NCBI RefSeq assembly: GCF_009914755.1
Contig: NC_060930.1
Direction: 5' to 3' (one strand)
DNA: 64,000 bases
Source: the human T2T-CHM13v2.0 reference genome, Homo sapiens
The translations under genes were made by a program, and so were the position numbers. Within the stretch, counting starts at the first letter, position 1. Each line of letters starts with the position of its first letter. The notes under the pieces are model-generated. The model was not told the DNA's origin, did no database searches, and saw nothing but the letters and a program-made list of their open reading frames with translations. This document shows positions 1 to 16,333 of the stretch, piece by piece.

Positions 1-499
1 GGCAATTGTTGACGCTGTTGCCATAATTTCTCCTTTATCTTTTTTTCTTTGGCAGAACCATTTAAAAGTAAGTTCCAAGCATCATTAATACTTTAGCTAT
101 TTTAGTATGCGTCTCTTAAGTATGAGTTCCTTTTCCTGCATAATCACAATACTATTATCACACTTGATATATATTAATATGTTTTCCCAATTAGCTTAAG
201 AATGGTTTTTAAAGCTCTCTTCTCACCCATGTTCAGCCACAACCCAGGATCCAATCACAGTTTACATATTACCTTTTGTTATCTCTTCGGTCTTTATTAA
301 ATCTTGAACAATATCCCTACCAGGCTATTCACCTTTTAGAATGTCTCATGTTCTGTATTTCTCCACTTATTTAGTCATATTGTTAAATTTTTTCCTCTAT
401 CTCATCTTTATGTAAACTGAAAGTTAGGGCTAGAATCTCAATGAGATTAGCATAAATATTAATATAAGATTATTAATATATCAATATTAATCTTATCAG

Positions 500-1655
500 A
501 TACAATACATGATTTGCAAATATTGTCTCCAGTTCTGTGGACTGTCTTTTTCTCTCTCTCTTGATAATAGCCTTTAATACACAAAAGTTTTTCATTTTGA
601 TGATGTCCAGTGTATCTGTTTTTTCTTTTGTTGCCTGTGCTTTTGATGTCATATCCAGAAATTAATCACCAAACCTACATCATGAAACTTGCCCATGCTT
701 TCTTCTTTTAGTTTTAGCTCTTATGTTTAGATTTTTTAAAATCTATTTTAAGTCGATTTTTGTGTGTAATATAAGTTTCCAACATCGTTTTTTTGCATGT
801 GGATATCCAGTTATCTCAGCACCATTTGTTAAAGAGACTTTTCTTCCCCATTGAATAATCTTGGCACCATTATCAAAAGTCACTTGACCATATGTTTGAG
901 GATTTATTCCTGGGCTCTCTGTTCTATTCCATTGGTCTATATGTCTGTCTTTACACCAGTACCAAACTGTTTTGAATACTGTAGTATTCTAGTAATTTTT
1001 GACATCAGGAAGTTTGAGTTCTGCAAAATATACTCAAGTTTGTTTTTGCTATTCAAGGTCCTTTGAGAGTCCATATGAATTTTAGGATTTTTGTTCTATT
1101 TCTGTAAAAATATTATAATGAGATTTTTTAGGGATTGAACTGAATATATAGAATGTTTTGGGTACTATTGTCATCTTAACAATATTAAGTTTTCCAATCC
1201 ATGAACATGGGATATCTTTCTATTATTTACATCTTCTTTAATTTCTTTTAGCAAAATATTGTAGTTTTCAATGGACAAGTCTTTCACCTCATTGGTTAAA
1301 TTTATTTCTAAGTATTTTATTCATTTTGACATTATTATAAATGGAGTTGTTAACTTTCTTTTCATATTGTTCATTTTTAGTGTATAAAAATATAATGGAT
1401 CTTTGTATGTTGACTTTGTATCCTGTAACTTGTGCTGAATTCATTTATAATATTATTGCTGATAGTGTTTTTGTGGAATCTATAGGATTTTATACAATAA
1501 GATTATGTCACCTGAAACAGAGATAAGTTTACTTCCCCCTTCCCAATTGATATGTCTTTTATTTCTTTTTCGAACCTAAATCCTCTGGCTAGAACTTTTC
1601 GTACTATATCGAATAGGAGTGGCAAAAGTAGACATCCTTGTCTTGTGTTTTCCAT
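500..1655 (-). mobile_element. Old L1 (L1M) ORF2 fragment
   Basis: T-rich antisense L1 ORF2 motifs (cagcaccatttgtt, catgaacatgggatatctttc, aacagagataagtttacttcc). Confidence 0.85.
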
Positions 1656-3527
1656 TGAGGATAATATCAACTATGGGTTACTAGTTACTTTTTAAAGCAT
1701 AAATAATAGCATATAATGGGTATTATAACATGGAAGTGAAATGTATGAAAACAATAGCACAAGGTTGAGTGAGGAAAATGGACATATATTGTAAGGTTCT
1801 TATATTATACATGAATAGGTATAGTGTCATTTAAAGGTAGACTATCATATGGTAAAGATACCTATTGTAAACTCTAGAGTAACCACTAAAAAATATTGCT
1901 ATTTAGCTAATAAGACAATACATGGAGTAGAGATAAAAAATGCAAAAAAATTCAATCCAAAGGGGGAAAAAGGCACAAAGAGCAAGGTGGGATAAAGACA
2001 GATAACAAGATGGTAGACTTAAACCTAACCATATGCATAATTGCATATTAATGGCCTACACATTCCAGATAAAAGACAGAAATTGTCAAACTGAATAATA
2101 AAGCAAGACCCAACTATAAGTATTCCATAAGAAAAACACATTGATATAAAGACACAAATAAGAGCACGGGAAAAGATATACATGCAGACAATAATCATAA
2201 AGCTGGAATGACTGTATTAATATAGCACAAAGTTAACTGCAGGGCAAGTATTAACAGATGATGATTCAAATGATAAATACATCAAGAAGACCTATCAGTT
2301 TTAAATGTTTATGTACCTAGTAACAGAGCTTCTAAGAATGTGAAACAAAAACTGACAAAACTGGAAGGAGAAGTAGACAAATTCACAATTATATTTGGAG
2401 ATTTTATCACTCTTCTCTTAGTAACTGATAGAATACACAGCAGGAAAATCAGTAAAGATATAGAAGAGTTGAGCAGCAGTAACCAATTTGACCTAATTGA
2501 CATTTATACTTATCCTATGACACATAGCCACAGCAGAAGACAGTGTTTTCAAGTATACGTGGAACAGTCACCTAAGAGAGACCATTACAGGACCACAAAG
2601 TAGGTCTCAAATTTAGAATTGAAATCATACATAATATGTTCTCTGATCAGAATAGAATTAAATTAGAAATGTATGACAAAAATATATCTGGAAAATTCCT
2701 GAATATTTGGAAATCAACAAGTCATTTCTAAATAACCCTTGGATCTAAGAAGAAATCACAAGAGAAATTAGAAAATAGTTTTAACTGAATGATAATGAAA
2801 ACATCTAACTTTGTGGGATGCAGCTTAATTCATTCTTAGAGGGAATTTTATAGCTTTAAATGTTTATAATAGAAAAGAGAAAAGTTTTAGTTCAATTATC
2901 TTAAACTTTCTCTTTAAAAGATTAGGAAAAGAGCAAATGAGACCTAAATTAGGTCAAAAGAAGAAAATGATGTAATCCATCAAATTAACAAAATATTTTT
3001 AAAAGCATATGATCATCTCAATAGAGAAAAAGCCTTCCACAAAGTGTAATTCCTTACATGTTAAAAACAATACAATACAAAAAAAAAAAAAAAAACTTCT
3101 CAGCAAGATAGAATTAGAAAGGAACTTCCTCCATAAAGGTCATCCTTGAGAAATCTACAGCTAACATCACACTTAATAGTGAAAAACTGAACACTTTCCC
3201 ACTGAGATCAGGAAAAAAACAAGGATATTCATTCTGACCACTTCTATTCAACACTGTACTATTGATAATGCTCAGTGTAATAAGGCAAGAAATGAATTAA
3301 AATATTATATTTACATGTAAAAAGCATGTAAATTGGGGAAGAAGATGTAAAACTATCTTTATTCACAGACAACATAATTGTGAATGAGTAAATATAGAAA
3401 ATTCTAGGGAACTACAAAAAAGCTACTGGAATTAAAGTGAATTTAACAACATTTCAGGATATAAGGTATAAACAAGTGAGTTGTAGTTCTATATACTAGG
3501 CATAAACAATTAAAAAATGAAATTTAA

Positions 3528-3830
<303 letters not shown>

Positions 3831-4064
3831 TTAATAAATTTATAATAACATAAAAATAGTAAATATTTAGGGGTGTATTTAACAAAATATATGCAGAACC
3901 TATAAAATGAAAATCTCATAGCATTCCTTCAAGAAATTAAAGAGGACCAGAATAAATGATGAGATTTACCATTTTTCTGGTTTGGAAGACTCAAGATTGT
4001 GTTATGATGTCAATTCTACCCAAATTAACCTATGGATTCAATGTAATTCCACTAGAAATACCTA

Positions 4065-4408
<344 letters not shown>

Positions 4409-4735
4409 GAAATTGACTAGCTGATTCAAAGATTTTATGGAACTGGAAAGGATCTGGAATAGGCAATATAGTTTTTAAAAAGCACAAAATTGGAGTATTT
4501 ACATTACCTGATGTCAAGACTTATTATAACAGTACAGTGATCATGACAACTTGGTATGGTGTATCAATTTAACAGAAAATAGAATCTAGATATAGACACC
4601 CCCCTATCTGTGGGTAATTGATTTTCTTAAAAGATGCCAAGGTAATTCACTGGGTGAAAGGCTAGTCTTATCAACAAATGATGGTAGAACAACTGGATAT
4701 CCATATGGAAAAATGAACCTTGATTCTTATACCAT

Positions 4736-5472
<737 letters not shown>

Positions 5473-5980
5473 ACCATATATAAAAAGTCATTCAAAAAGG
5501 ATCATTGACCTAATATAATTGTTACAACTAAAGGCCAACAAAGATTTCCCAGGCAGGACACAAAATCCACTAATAATTTTTTTTTAAAAAAAGGAAATTA
5601 GTAAATTGAGCCTTACCAAAATTAAACATTTCAGTTTAAGACTTAAGAAAATGGATCTGGTCTGAAGAAATGATGAATAAAGAAAAAAAAAAATGGAAAG
5701 GCAAGTTACAGACTGGGAGAAAATATTCATAATTTGTATATCTGACAAAGAACTCATATCAAGAACATGTAAAGAACTCTTAAAACTCAGTAATAAGGAG
5801 ACAACCCAATCAGAAAAGGTAAACAGATTTATTTGAACAGACACATCACAAAATAATAGCCAATAGCACACGAAAAGATACTCAACATCATTTTCATTAG
5901 GAAAATGCAAATTAAAAACCATAATGAGATACCACTACACATCCACTTCAGTGGCTAAAATTAAAGACTCTGACAATACA

Positions 5981-6262
5981 ACACTTGTAATCTCAGCACT
6001 TTGGGAGGCCAAGGTAGGCGGATCCCTTGAGGCCGGGAGTTTGAGACCAGCCCGGCCAACATGGCAAAACCCTGTCTCTACTAAAAATACAAAAAAAATT
6101 AGCCAGGCATGGTGGCTCACTCCTGTAATCCCAGCTACTTGGGAGGCTGAGGCATGAAAATCATTTGAACCTGGAGGCAGAGGTTGCAGTGAGCAGAGAT
6201 TGTGCTAATGCGCTCCAGCCTGGGTGACAGAGTGAGACTGTCTCAAAAAACAAAGAAGAAAA
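5981..6262 (+). mobile_element. AluS, slightly 5'-truncated
   Basis: Alu body starting at acttgtaatctcagcac, degenerate A-tail. Confidence 0.92.
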
Positions 6263-6334
6263 AGACTGACGCTATGAGTGTTTGCTATGATGTGGACCAA
6301 CTGGAAGTCTCATACACTGCTGATAGAAGTATAA

Positions 6335-6665
<331 letters not shown>

Positions 6666-7833
6666 TGCACTGGTATTTTCTTAATAAGTTAAACATACAC
6701 TTAGCCTATAAAGCAATTCCATTTCTTGATATTTATACAAAAAATGAAAACATGTCCATAAAAAAGATTTACATGATTGTTCATAGCTTTATTCATATAG
6801 CGTAAACTGGAAACAACTGAAAATGTCTATCAACAATTGAATAGATAAACAGATTGTGGAATATTTACAAAATGGTCTAGTACTCAACTATAAGGAGGAA
6901 ATACATGCAGCAACATAGATGTTCTATTATATGAAATTATAGGACAGGGAAATCTTATGAATAGTAATAGGAAATAGATAATTGGCTGCCTGAGACTGGG
7001 TTTTGCAAAATATTGACTGAAAGGGGGCATGAGGGAACTTTTTGGGGTGACGAAAATGTTCTGTATTTTAATTGAGGTGGTTAAAATGGATACATTCGTC
7101 AAAACTCATTGAACTGTACATGTAAAATAGGTGCATTTAGTTGTGTGTAAATTATTCCTCAAAAAGACTATTTAAGAAAGTGCAAAAACAAAAAGCCACA
7201 GTGTAGTCATACTATAAAATCATCTGAAAAATATGTCATCTGAACTTCTATACCAGAAAATAATCCTCATATTTGCTTCCCTTTTATTGAGTGCTAATGA
7301 AAATATATCTTGAAATAATGTGTTGTCTTAAGATATTCAGTAGAAAGATCTGTGCTGTGATTTTAGTAATAATGTAAGTACTTTGGCAACAAGTTTCATA
7401 TAACAAAAAACATCTTTTATGAGAAATATATTCATTTTAAGATTAGAAACTACAGGGTTGATGGCTACCTTATGGTTCTTTAATTGAATAAGTGAAACCA
7501 TGTCAGATGTCCTGCTGTGTGAATTTCTCTCACATTTTAGATCCAACTTGGATCTAACCGTGACTTGGATCTAAAATGTGGGGATTATTGTTTCTCTAAA
7601 AAAAATTCCTTTTGTAAGTCCTCACCAAATGTTCAATTTATTTTTCTTTGTATTTCTATGCTAACACATAATTTTATAATTAACTTCTTTCTTGTGTCCT
7701 TAACATAATTTTATGCAACAAACCAAATGATTATATGCACTCCCAACATTTTCACCACGGTTTGATGATTTTGTTTGTGCAAGGATTTTATATTAGCCCA
7801 GAATTCTCAGGCTTAAGTTCTAGAGAATTTATT

Positions 7834-8142
<309 letters not shown>

Positions 8143-9266
8143 AGTACTAAAGAATTTATATACATATAACTAGAGTTATATATAACATGGCCTAACATGC
8201 ATGAATGTGCCAGTAATTTCCCTTTTTTCCTCAGCATGATTCCCTATTTTCATGATTCAGTTTTTGAGACATGCCTATATTCTACTTTTTAGTGACTTAG
8301 CTAAGTCTGTCAATGATTTAAATTTCTAGGATACTGTGACAGTTTATGGGGACAGTGATATAGAATATTTATAATTGTTATTTTTCTATGAGGCCTGGGA
8401 CATTCAGTTACCATTTTGCATAGCTACATAGACACGGATACACAGCACAATATTGGCATTTTAAAATAATGCTTGGTTTTCCACTTTTCTCTGAGATCTG
8501 GCCACCATATTCCTCGAAAGAATTCATTTGGACTCTGACTTTTAAAATCATTACCTATTGAAATAAATAGGACATGGTGATTTTATGAAAACATTATTGA
8601 TAGAGGAAGAGAGGTGACTCCGATTGAGCTGAGTGTAGAACATGTAGCTCAGTTATGCTGGGTTCAGATTATTGTTGCAGAAAATACAACAATTCTCAAA
8701 ATATGTGAAGTTCAACATAAATAGAAATCAGCAACCTTGAATGCTCAGCCACAGGACTCTCTCCTGCCTGCTCTCTGCCCCTCTGGTGGGGCCTTATGTT
8801 CCTTCTGTAGGGTCCCAGAGGCCCTAGTGCCTCTTCTTCTACAGTTTATCCCACCAAGCAGTAATTGTCTGTTTGCCTAATCATCTCTGAGATTTTCATT
8901 GGCAGGGAAATAGACTTCAACTTTGCTGTCTCCATGGTGATATGTAGTACCAAACACAGAAGGGTGGCAGTGAGTGAATGAGCAAGTGGGATTAAGGAAG
9001 CAACTCAGTATTGCCATGATCATTGTCTTTGCCTAATGTGAGTAGGGTTTATGGTTGCAGCATTTCTTATGTAAGACTTCACTTTCCAGCTGGCAAAATT
9101 GAAGAAATAACCACCAAGCTAAAAGCCATGTTCTAGATGGTTCTTCTAAACCATTGTAAATGAATTCTGAATGATAATGGCACTTTCTATTGTACTTTTT
9201 TCCTAGGCAGTTTCACTTCTATTTGGTAGTTGGAAACACAACCTTGCTGAACCTGTTTCCTTATAG

Positions 9267-9505
9267 CAATAGCTAGCATTTACAAAACATTTAGTATGTT
9301 CCACCCCGCCCACTGTGCCAGGCCCTTATGTGGATTTTCATAGTTAACTTTCACAACAACCCGATGAAACAGGTGATATGTAGGTGCTGGGAAAATGGAA
9401 GCTTAAGGAGGTTGGGTAACTTGCCCGAGTTCACACACATAGCAAGTAAAGAACTCAGGCTCAAAACCAGTCAGGCAAGCTCCAGCACTGGGCTTTTTAT
9501 CATTT
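9267..9505 (-). mobile_element. MIR
   Basis: MIR core-like sequence (cacaacaacccgatgaa...gaggttgggtaacttgcccgagttcacac). Confidence 0.75.
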
Positions 9506-9539
9506 CCCAATGCTGTCCTGTTCTATTTTTTTTCAAGGC

Positions 9540-9680
9540 ATTTATCTCCGTGTGAAATTTTTATTTATTTGTTTCTGTGCTAGAATGCTTACTCCTTGAT
9601 TTCAGAGACATTGCATCCCCAGGTGTAAGACAGCACCTGGCACCAAGTAGATGCTCAGTCAGTGTTAAATTAATGATGAG
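9540..9680 (+). mobile_element. L2 3' end fragment
   Basis: cagcacctggcaccaagtagatgctcagtcagtgtt...taatga resembles the L2 terminus. Confidence 0.6.
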
Positions 9681-10859
9681 GTACTGCCTTCTGGATGGAG
9701 TAAGAAATAAAGGATAAGGCTACCAGATAATTCCTAAGTGCTTAACAATTGTTACATCTTATGAATATACATTTTAGGAAATGATTTGTTCAAATAGGAA
9801 ACTCCCCAAACTGCTTAAAAAGGTGGCTTACAAAAAATTCTTAACATCACTACATGAAATACCCATCCACGCATGTAGGAATTTTGACTATACACTAACA
9901 CAAGTTCTACACTGAGTTTGAGGTTGATGCAGTTTCACACCCTTCCTGGGGTCGGGGCGGTGGGATTATTTTATGTTGCTGATATCTAGTGTGCTATCCC
10001 TTTAAGGTGCCTGAAACAAAACAAAGCAAACACCAATCCCTGCTTGATTTAGAGGGGTAGTTGCCAACCTAGTTTTGCTATGAGCAGCTCCACATTCTAA
10101 GAAGATCTTGCCTGTTTCCCACTTCTCATTTCTCTCCGTAACCAATTATGTCTGTTAATTGCAAATGAAAGAAGAAAAAAAAGATATTATACAGAACCAC
10201 AGAGAACCTGGGGCCGACAGGAGCTGCCTGGGCCATTGCATCTCTGGAAGCTGAAGCTGTTTTCGGTGAACTTTCCTATCATCCCTCCTTCTTTCCCTTT
10301 TCTGTTTTTTGAGTCCTCACCTTTTATCCTATTACTATCTCCTTCCTGAATATATTGCCTGCTCACTTAGTAGTTAAGTGAAAAAAAAAATCTAGCCACT
10401 GCAAAAGCAGTATGTCTTTCTGCCAGTGACACAGTCCCATTGACTTCCATTCATATCTCCCAAACCCACATTTTGAAACATCCCATCTCCCTCTGTAACT
10501 CTGTAACTTCTCTAAGACCCACCCAGCACTACAACCTATGCTTTTGAATATTCTGTGCCCTACTGTGCCATCAATACTAACATTCTGTGATTCTAGAACT
10601 ACTTTCTTTACACAGGATTTACTAAATAATTCATTTCATTGAGAAGTTCTTAAGATTAATTTTCTTTGTTTTTCTGGAAAAGTACATCACTTAAACATTT
10701 CAAGGACAGACAATTGAAATGAATGCACAGGTTGTGACATTTTTCCATGCCATGTCCTTTAGTTGAGCCCTGCATGTCTTGCCCTTTGGAATAGTCTCAA
10801 ACCAGAGTTTGGGACCTTGTTCTTTCATGTTGGAGCAGAGTTCATATCATTACTTACAT

Positions 10860-11130
10860 ATTTATTTATTTACTTATTTGAAATAGGGTCTTGTTCTGTT
10901 GCCCAGGCTGGAGTGCTGTGGCATGATCACAGCTGACTGCAGCCTTGACCTTCTGGGCTCAAGCTATCCTCTCAAGTGGCTGGAACCACAGGCACACACC
11001 ACCACACCTGGCTAATTTTTTGTAGGGACGGGGTTTTGCCGTGTTGCCCAGGCTGGTCTCAAACTCCTGGACTCAAGCAGTCCACTCACCTCAGCCTCAC
11101 AGAGTGCTGGGATTACTGGCATGAGCCATC
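10860..11130 (-). mobile_element. AluJ
   Basis: Diverged antisense Alu with gggctcaagc J-type motifs, ~100 bp upstream of a ZC2HC1B exon. Confidence 0.9.
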
Positions 11131-11231
11131 ATATCCTTATTTCACTTCATGTAGTTCATTCTATAATTCTATAGTATTCTATAGTTGTTTTTGAAGTGCT
11201 AATTGCCATTTGTTGTTATCTTTACATTCAG

Positions 11232-11371
11232 ATTATATTCAACGTCCATATTGTATGAGAAGGTTTAATGAAAGCGCAGCTGAGCGACATACTAATTTCT
11301 GCAAGGATCAGTCTTCTCGCCGAGTCTTTAATCCAGCTCAGACAGCAGCCAAATTGGCATCCAGAGCTCAG
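11232..11371 (+). CDS. ZC2HC1B: ZC2HC1B internal coding exon (second, degenerate C2HC finger)
   Basis: ttcag acceptor (AG 11230-11231) and CAG|gtaact donor. The 140 nt encode (D)YIQRPYCMRRFNESAAERHTNFCKDQSSRRVFNPAQTAAKLASRAQ, a ZC2HC1/FAM164-type motif. Confidence 0.93.
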
Positions 11372-11996
11372 GTAACTATCTCTCCCCAGGTGTTGGCTCT
11401 TGTGCCCTTGAATGCCTAGGGGTGAGCCGGTAGAACTCCCTAGAGAACCTCAGTTACCCATCCTAAGAAGTGTAAGCGTGAAGAGAGCTGATCATGATTG
11501 CTCACCCCTGTGGGAGCTGACTTCTTTTGCAGGAGAATGCTTTCCAGCTAAGGCACCTTTGGGTGTTGTAGAAAAAAATATTTCTAAAGTATTTGAAGCT
11601 TCTTTGGGTGAAGACTTGAATACATAGTGTTTCTATAGCATTATGGCAAAACTCTTTATCCAACAGTATCAACCTTAATCACCCAGAAAAGAATTGCGAA
11701 CCTGAAGTGAAACTGCCTGAGTGGGACAGGCTGTCCCAAGGCAACTGCCCCACAGGTCATGTGTTTTGCTCTATAGAGGAGGGGTCTTCACCTTTTATTT
11801 AAAGTCACAGAATCAGCAAGTTAAAGGGATATGTGGATGAATGGAAGCAGCTGTTAACATTAGGTGCAAATCAGTAAAATAACAACCTGAAGTGGAAGAC
11901 AGTAGATTTATAAACCACAGAACTGGAGCCAGCAAACAGCACCATACAGTCGAAGGTCTCAGGTACATACTTACAATATAGCATAAAAACTATTAG

Positions 11997-12354
<358 letters not shown>

Positions 12355-12785
12355 CCCTACAGCCTGTTTAGAAAGCTTCTGGTTAAATCCAGTATGTAAT
12401 GGGGTGGGACCGTTTCCAACAAAAGCGGATCCCACAGACTGTGGATCCTGAGCGCTATCCCCTTAAGCATTAGAAGGTTATTGACTATCAACTATGTACC
12501 AGAAACTGCGCTAGGTACTGGTTTGATCAAGAATTTGTCATTGAAAGATGGAGGGGGACTTAGAGCTGGTACAGTTGGCATATATAGGAGAGCTATGGAA
12601 GAAGAAGTCACTGCAATTCCTGGAAGTCTTCAAAGGCAAGCAAACTTTTTGCCCTTAAATATCAAAATGGGTTCACCAGCCTAGAGTTGGGGTTGGGAAG
12701 GGCTTTATGCACAAAACATCCAGCTTGTGGCCTGAGGCACCCATCTGGGGAGCGAAAGCATAGAGTACCTACGAAAGAGGTACAG

Positions 12786-13100
12786 GGTGCTGGGTGTGGT
12801 GGCTCACGCCTGTAATCCCAGCACTTTGGGGGGCTGAAGTGGGCAGATCACCTGAGGTAGGGAGTTTGAGACCAGCCTGACCAACATGGAGAAACCCCGT
12901 CTCTACTAAAAATACAAAATCAGCCGTGTGTGGTGTCACATGCCTGTAATCCCAGCTATTTGTGAGGCTGAGGCAGGAGAATTGCTTGAACCTGGGGAGG
13001 CAGAGGTTGTGGTGAGCCAAGATCATGCCATTGCACTCCAGCCTGGGCAACAAGAGCAAAACTCCGTCTCAAAAAAAAAAAAAAAGAAAAAGAAAAGAAA
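12786..13100 (+). mobile_element. AluSp/Sq
   Basis: ctgaccaacatggagaaacc and gcaacaagagc diagnostics, TSD aagaggtacaggg. Confidence 0.93.
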
Positions 13101-13225
13101 AAAGAGGTACAGGGACAGGCAAGACAGGCAGACAGGCAGCCAGAACTAGAAGGGCTTTAACTCAAGCCAGTTGAGAGAGGAAGAAAAGAGGAATTGATTG
13201 AATAAATGCCCTAAAATCAAGGACT

Positions 13226-13278
13226 GTCCTTGATTGACAGGTCCTTGATTAACAGGTCCTTGATTAACAGGTCCTTGA
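13226..13278. repeat. 15-bp tandem repeat, 3.5 copies (gtccttgattaacag)
   Basis: Units start at 13226, 13241, 13256, with a partial unit at 13271. Confidence 0.95.
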
Positions 13279-13516
13279 ATGAGGGCCTGGAATAGGACGA
13301 TTAATAGAGTTGTGTGGGAGGGAGAATCTAAGAAATAATTGATGAGACTGAGAAAATGATTAGACATAGGATAAAAGAGGGAATCAGGGTTGACAATAAG
13401 GTTTTCAGCTCCAGAGCCTGGAGAGACAGGAAGACAATCTCTGTAGATAATAGAACACAGGAGGGAGGACATATGGGTGGTGAGAGGCAGTGGTTACAAT
13501 AAATACAGTTTTATAG

Positions 13517-13818
<302 letters not shown>

Positions 13819-13850
13819 TAGATTCAGTCTTGACATCTGAGATAGCATGA

Positions 13851-14405
<555 letters not shown>

Positions 14406-15723
14406 GCTCCTCCTTTCCTCTCTCTACATTACCCCACCCTCCCCTTCTCCAGTAGCCTTTTCCAGTTGATACGATTGGCATGACACTTTTGGAGGAATAT
14501 GACTACTTTGGGCTTGAACACAGCCTAATTATGGAAAAGTTTGTATGTATAAGTCTACCTACAGTCTGTAAAGCAGTAAAGGGTGAGTTACATTTCTGCA
14601 GATGGTTCTTCTTACTGGTCTCCAGAGTTAGTCTGCTTTAGTGGGGCCAAAGAGAGCACAGGAAAGCAGCAAACGGAAGTGTTTTTATTCCTGAAGAAGG
14701 CCAGCTGGCTGTCAGTGTAACCAGTGACTTGGCCCCACTCCTCTCCTTGTTTTCCAGAGCTGAGTGGTGATTGCGAACACAGAAGAAAAATTGCTTGCTT
14801 TGTGAATTCCTTCACTCACTGTAGAGTATATCTGAACAGCCGTATTTGTTTCCTTTGTGCCAGCTTCACCACTTTGGGGCCTTGTCTAATAGTGAAGCTT
14901 ATTCAAAAATGGAACAAGAAAGGAGGGGTTGTTTCAGTTTTGAAGGGCTGTTAACACAGCCGAAATATGTTTCTATTTTAAACATAATCAACTTTTAAAA
15001 TGTGTCATACTCTTAACCAAAAGAGACCAATATAGGCCTCTAAAAATAGCTTTATTTGTGTGAATGGGGATGAGCTGCCTCCTATAGTCTCTCAGCCATT
15101 CTTGCCCAAGTGAGAATTCTCACTTGGTGTAACAGGTTATCTTTATCCTGCAGTTCCGTGGAACTGGAGGTGGGATCAGTGGCAAGATAAAAGGAGCATG
15201 TGAGAAACCTTTTGGTCCTTATTTCGTTTTAATGTAACTATTCTGCTGCTGCTGCTCTGCAGGGAGGGGGATGGTGTAGGGATGTTGGAATTTCATGCTT
15301 CAAACATTTGCTGCCTGCCAATCTGTTTTTCTTTGTTCATGTTAAAAAAAACAAAATAGTCTTCAAGTGTAATGAAAAAAATAAAATGTTCTTTAAATAT
15401 ATCCTTTATTGACATTAAGTGATTTCTTATGTCTCCATACAACTAATTTTATAGGATAAATATACCACCACCAACCCCAAGGGCTTAATTATGGAAGGGA
15501 AGCTTCAAAACCCAGATATTGCTTTGAGCACCAGCTGGGAGGACAAGAACCAGGCTAACTGAAGTGCAGGGTGTGTGTCTGTCCCCTTCCCCTGGATTCA
15601 GGGAGTCCCTGCAGATGATACCATTCTGCTGCTGGTTAAGTGGGAACAGCTGTACCTCCTATGTGGCACCTGAGGTTACATACAGAAGGTGTTCTCTTTG
15701 TCTCTTTCTTTCTCTCTCTGTAG

Positions 15724-15832
15724 GGTAGGGCTCAGATGGGTCCAAAAAAAGAACCAACTGTTACCAGTGCTGTGGGAGCTTTGCTGCAGAACAGGGTCCT
15801 GGTGGCCACGAATGAAGTCCCAACCAAGTCAG
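15724..15832 (+). CDS. ZC2HC1B: ZC2HC1B internal coding exon
   Basis: Long polypyrimidine tract with ctgtag acceptor and AG|gtgagt donor. The 109 nt encode GRAQMGPKKEPTVTSAVGALLQNRVLVATNEVPTKS plus 1 nt. Phase is compatible with both neighbouring exons. Confidence 0.92.
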
Positions 15833-16182
15833 GTGAGTCAAAGCACGCATTTCATCTCTCAAATGATGGGGGTCAGAGGAGATCACTGTTGGGTTTGGGA
15901 TTCACTGGTAGTCTGCAAAAGCTCTAAGACATTCACTGTTGCTTTTGGATGCAAAGATATTTGGGTTAGAGGTTAAAGCTTATTTGCCAAAAGGGAATAT
16001 TTCTTAATTTATCAGGATTACACAACTTTCACAATGTACAAGTCAAATTCGATTACTGCAATGGGAGTCTAAACCATTGTTCTCCGGTCTAGTAAAATTG
16101 AAGAGATTGAAAATAGGAGAAGACCACGTGTCATATGTTTGTGTTGAAAATAAGGGGAAAGTTTCTTTTCTAGAAATAAATA

Positions 16183-16331
16183 CAGATCCTCCTCAATTTA
16201 TGATGGGGCTATGTCCTGATAAGCCCATTGTAAATAGAAATATTATAAGTCAAAAATGCATTTAACATCCCAATTAACCCATGTAAAGTTGAAAAATCTT
16301 ATGTCAAACTAACATAAGTCAAGAATTTCTG
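16183..16331. mobile_element. Tigger-derived MITE (MER47/Tigger-like)
   Basis: TA-CAGAT...CTG-TA termini, gatggggctatgtcctgataagcccattgtaa motif. Confidence 0.7.
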
Positions 16332-16333
16332 TA

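Noticed and set aside
500-3300. Opposed L1 segments meeting near 1670 as a twin-priming inversion
   Set aside because: Both segments contain the same ORF2 region (compare 1600-1650 with 3215-3260), so they are two independent elements.
12427-12448. Near-palindrome ggatcccacag-a-ctgtggatcc
   Set aside because: Only 6 bp are perfect without a bulge, which is within chance.
13146-13472. ORF with GPVNQ repeats, and the 15-bp repeat as a CRISPR-like array
   Set aside because: Translation of a short tandem repeat. There are no spacers or cas genes, and the context is a eukaryotic intron.
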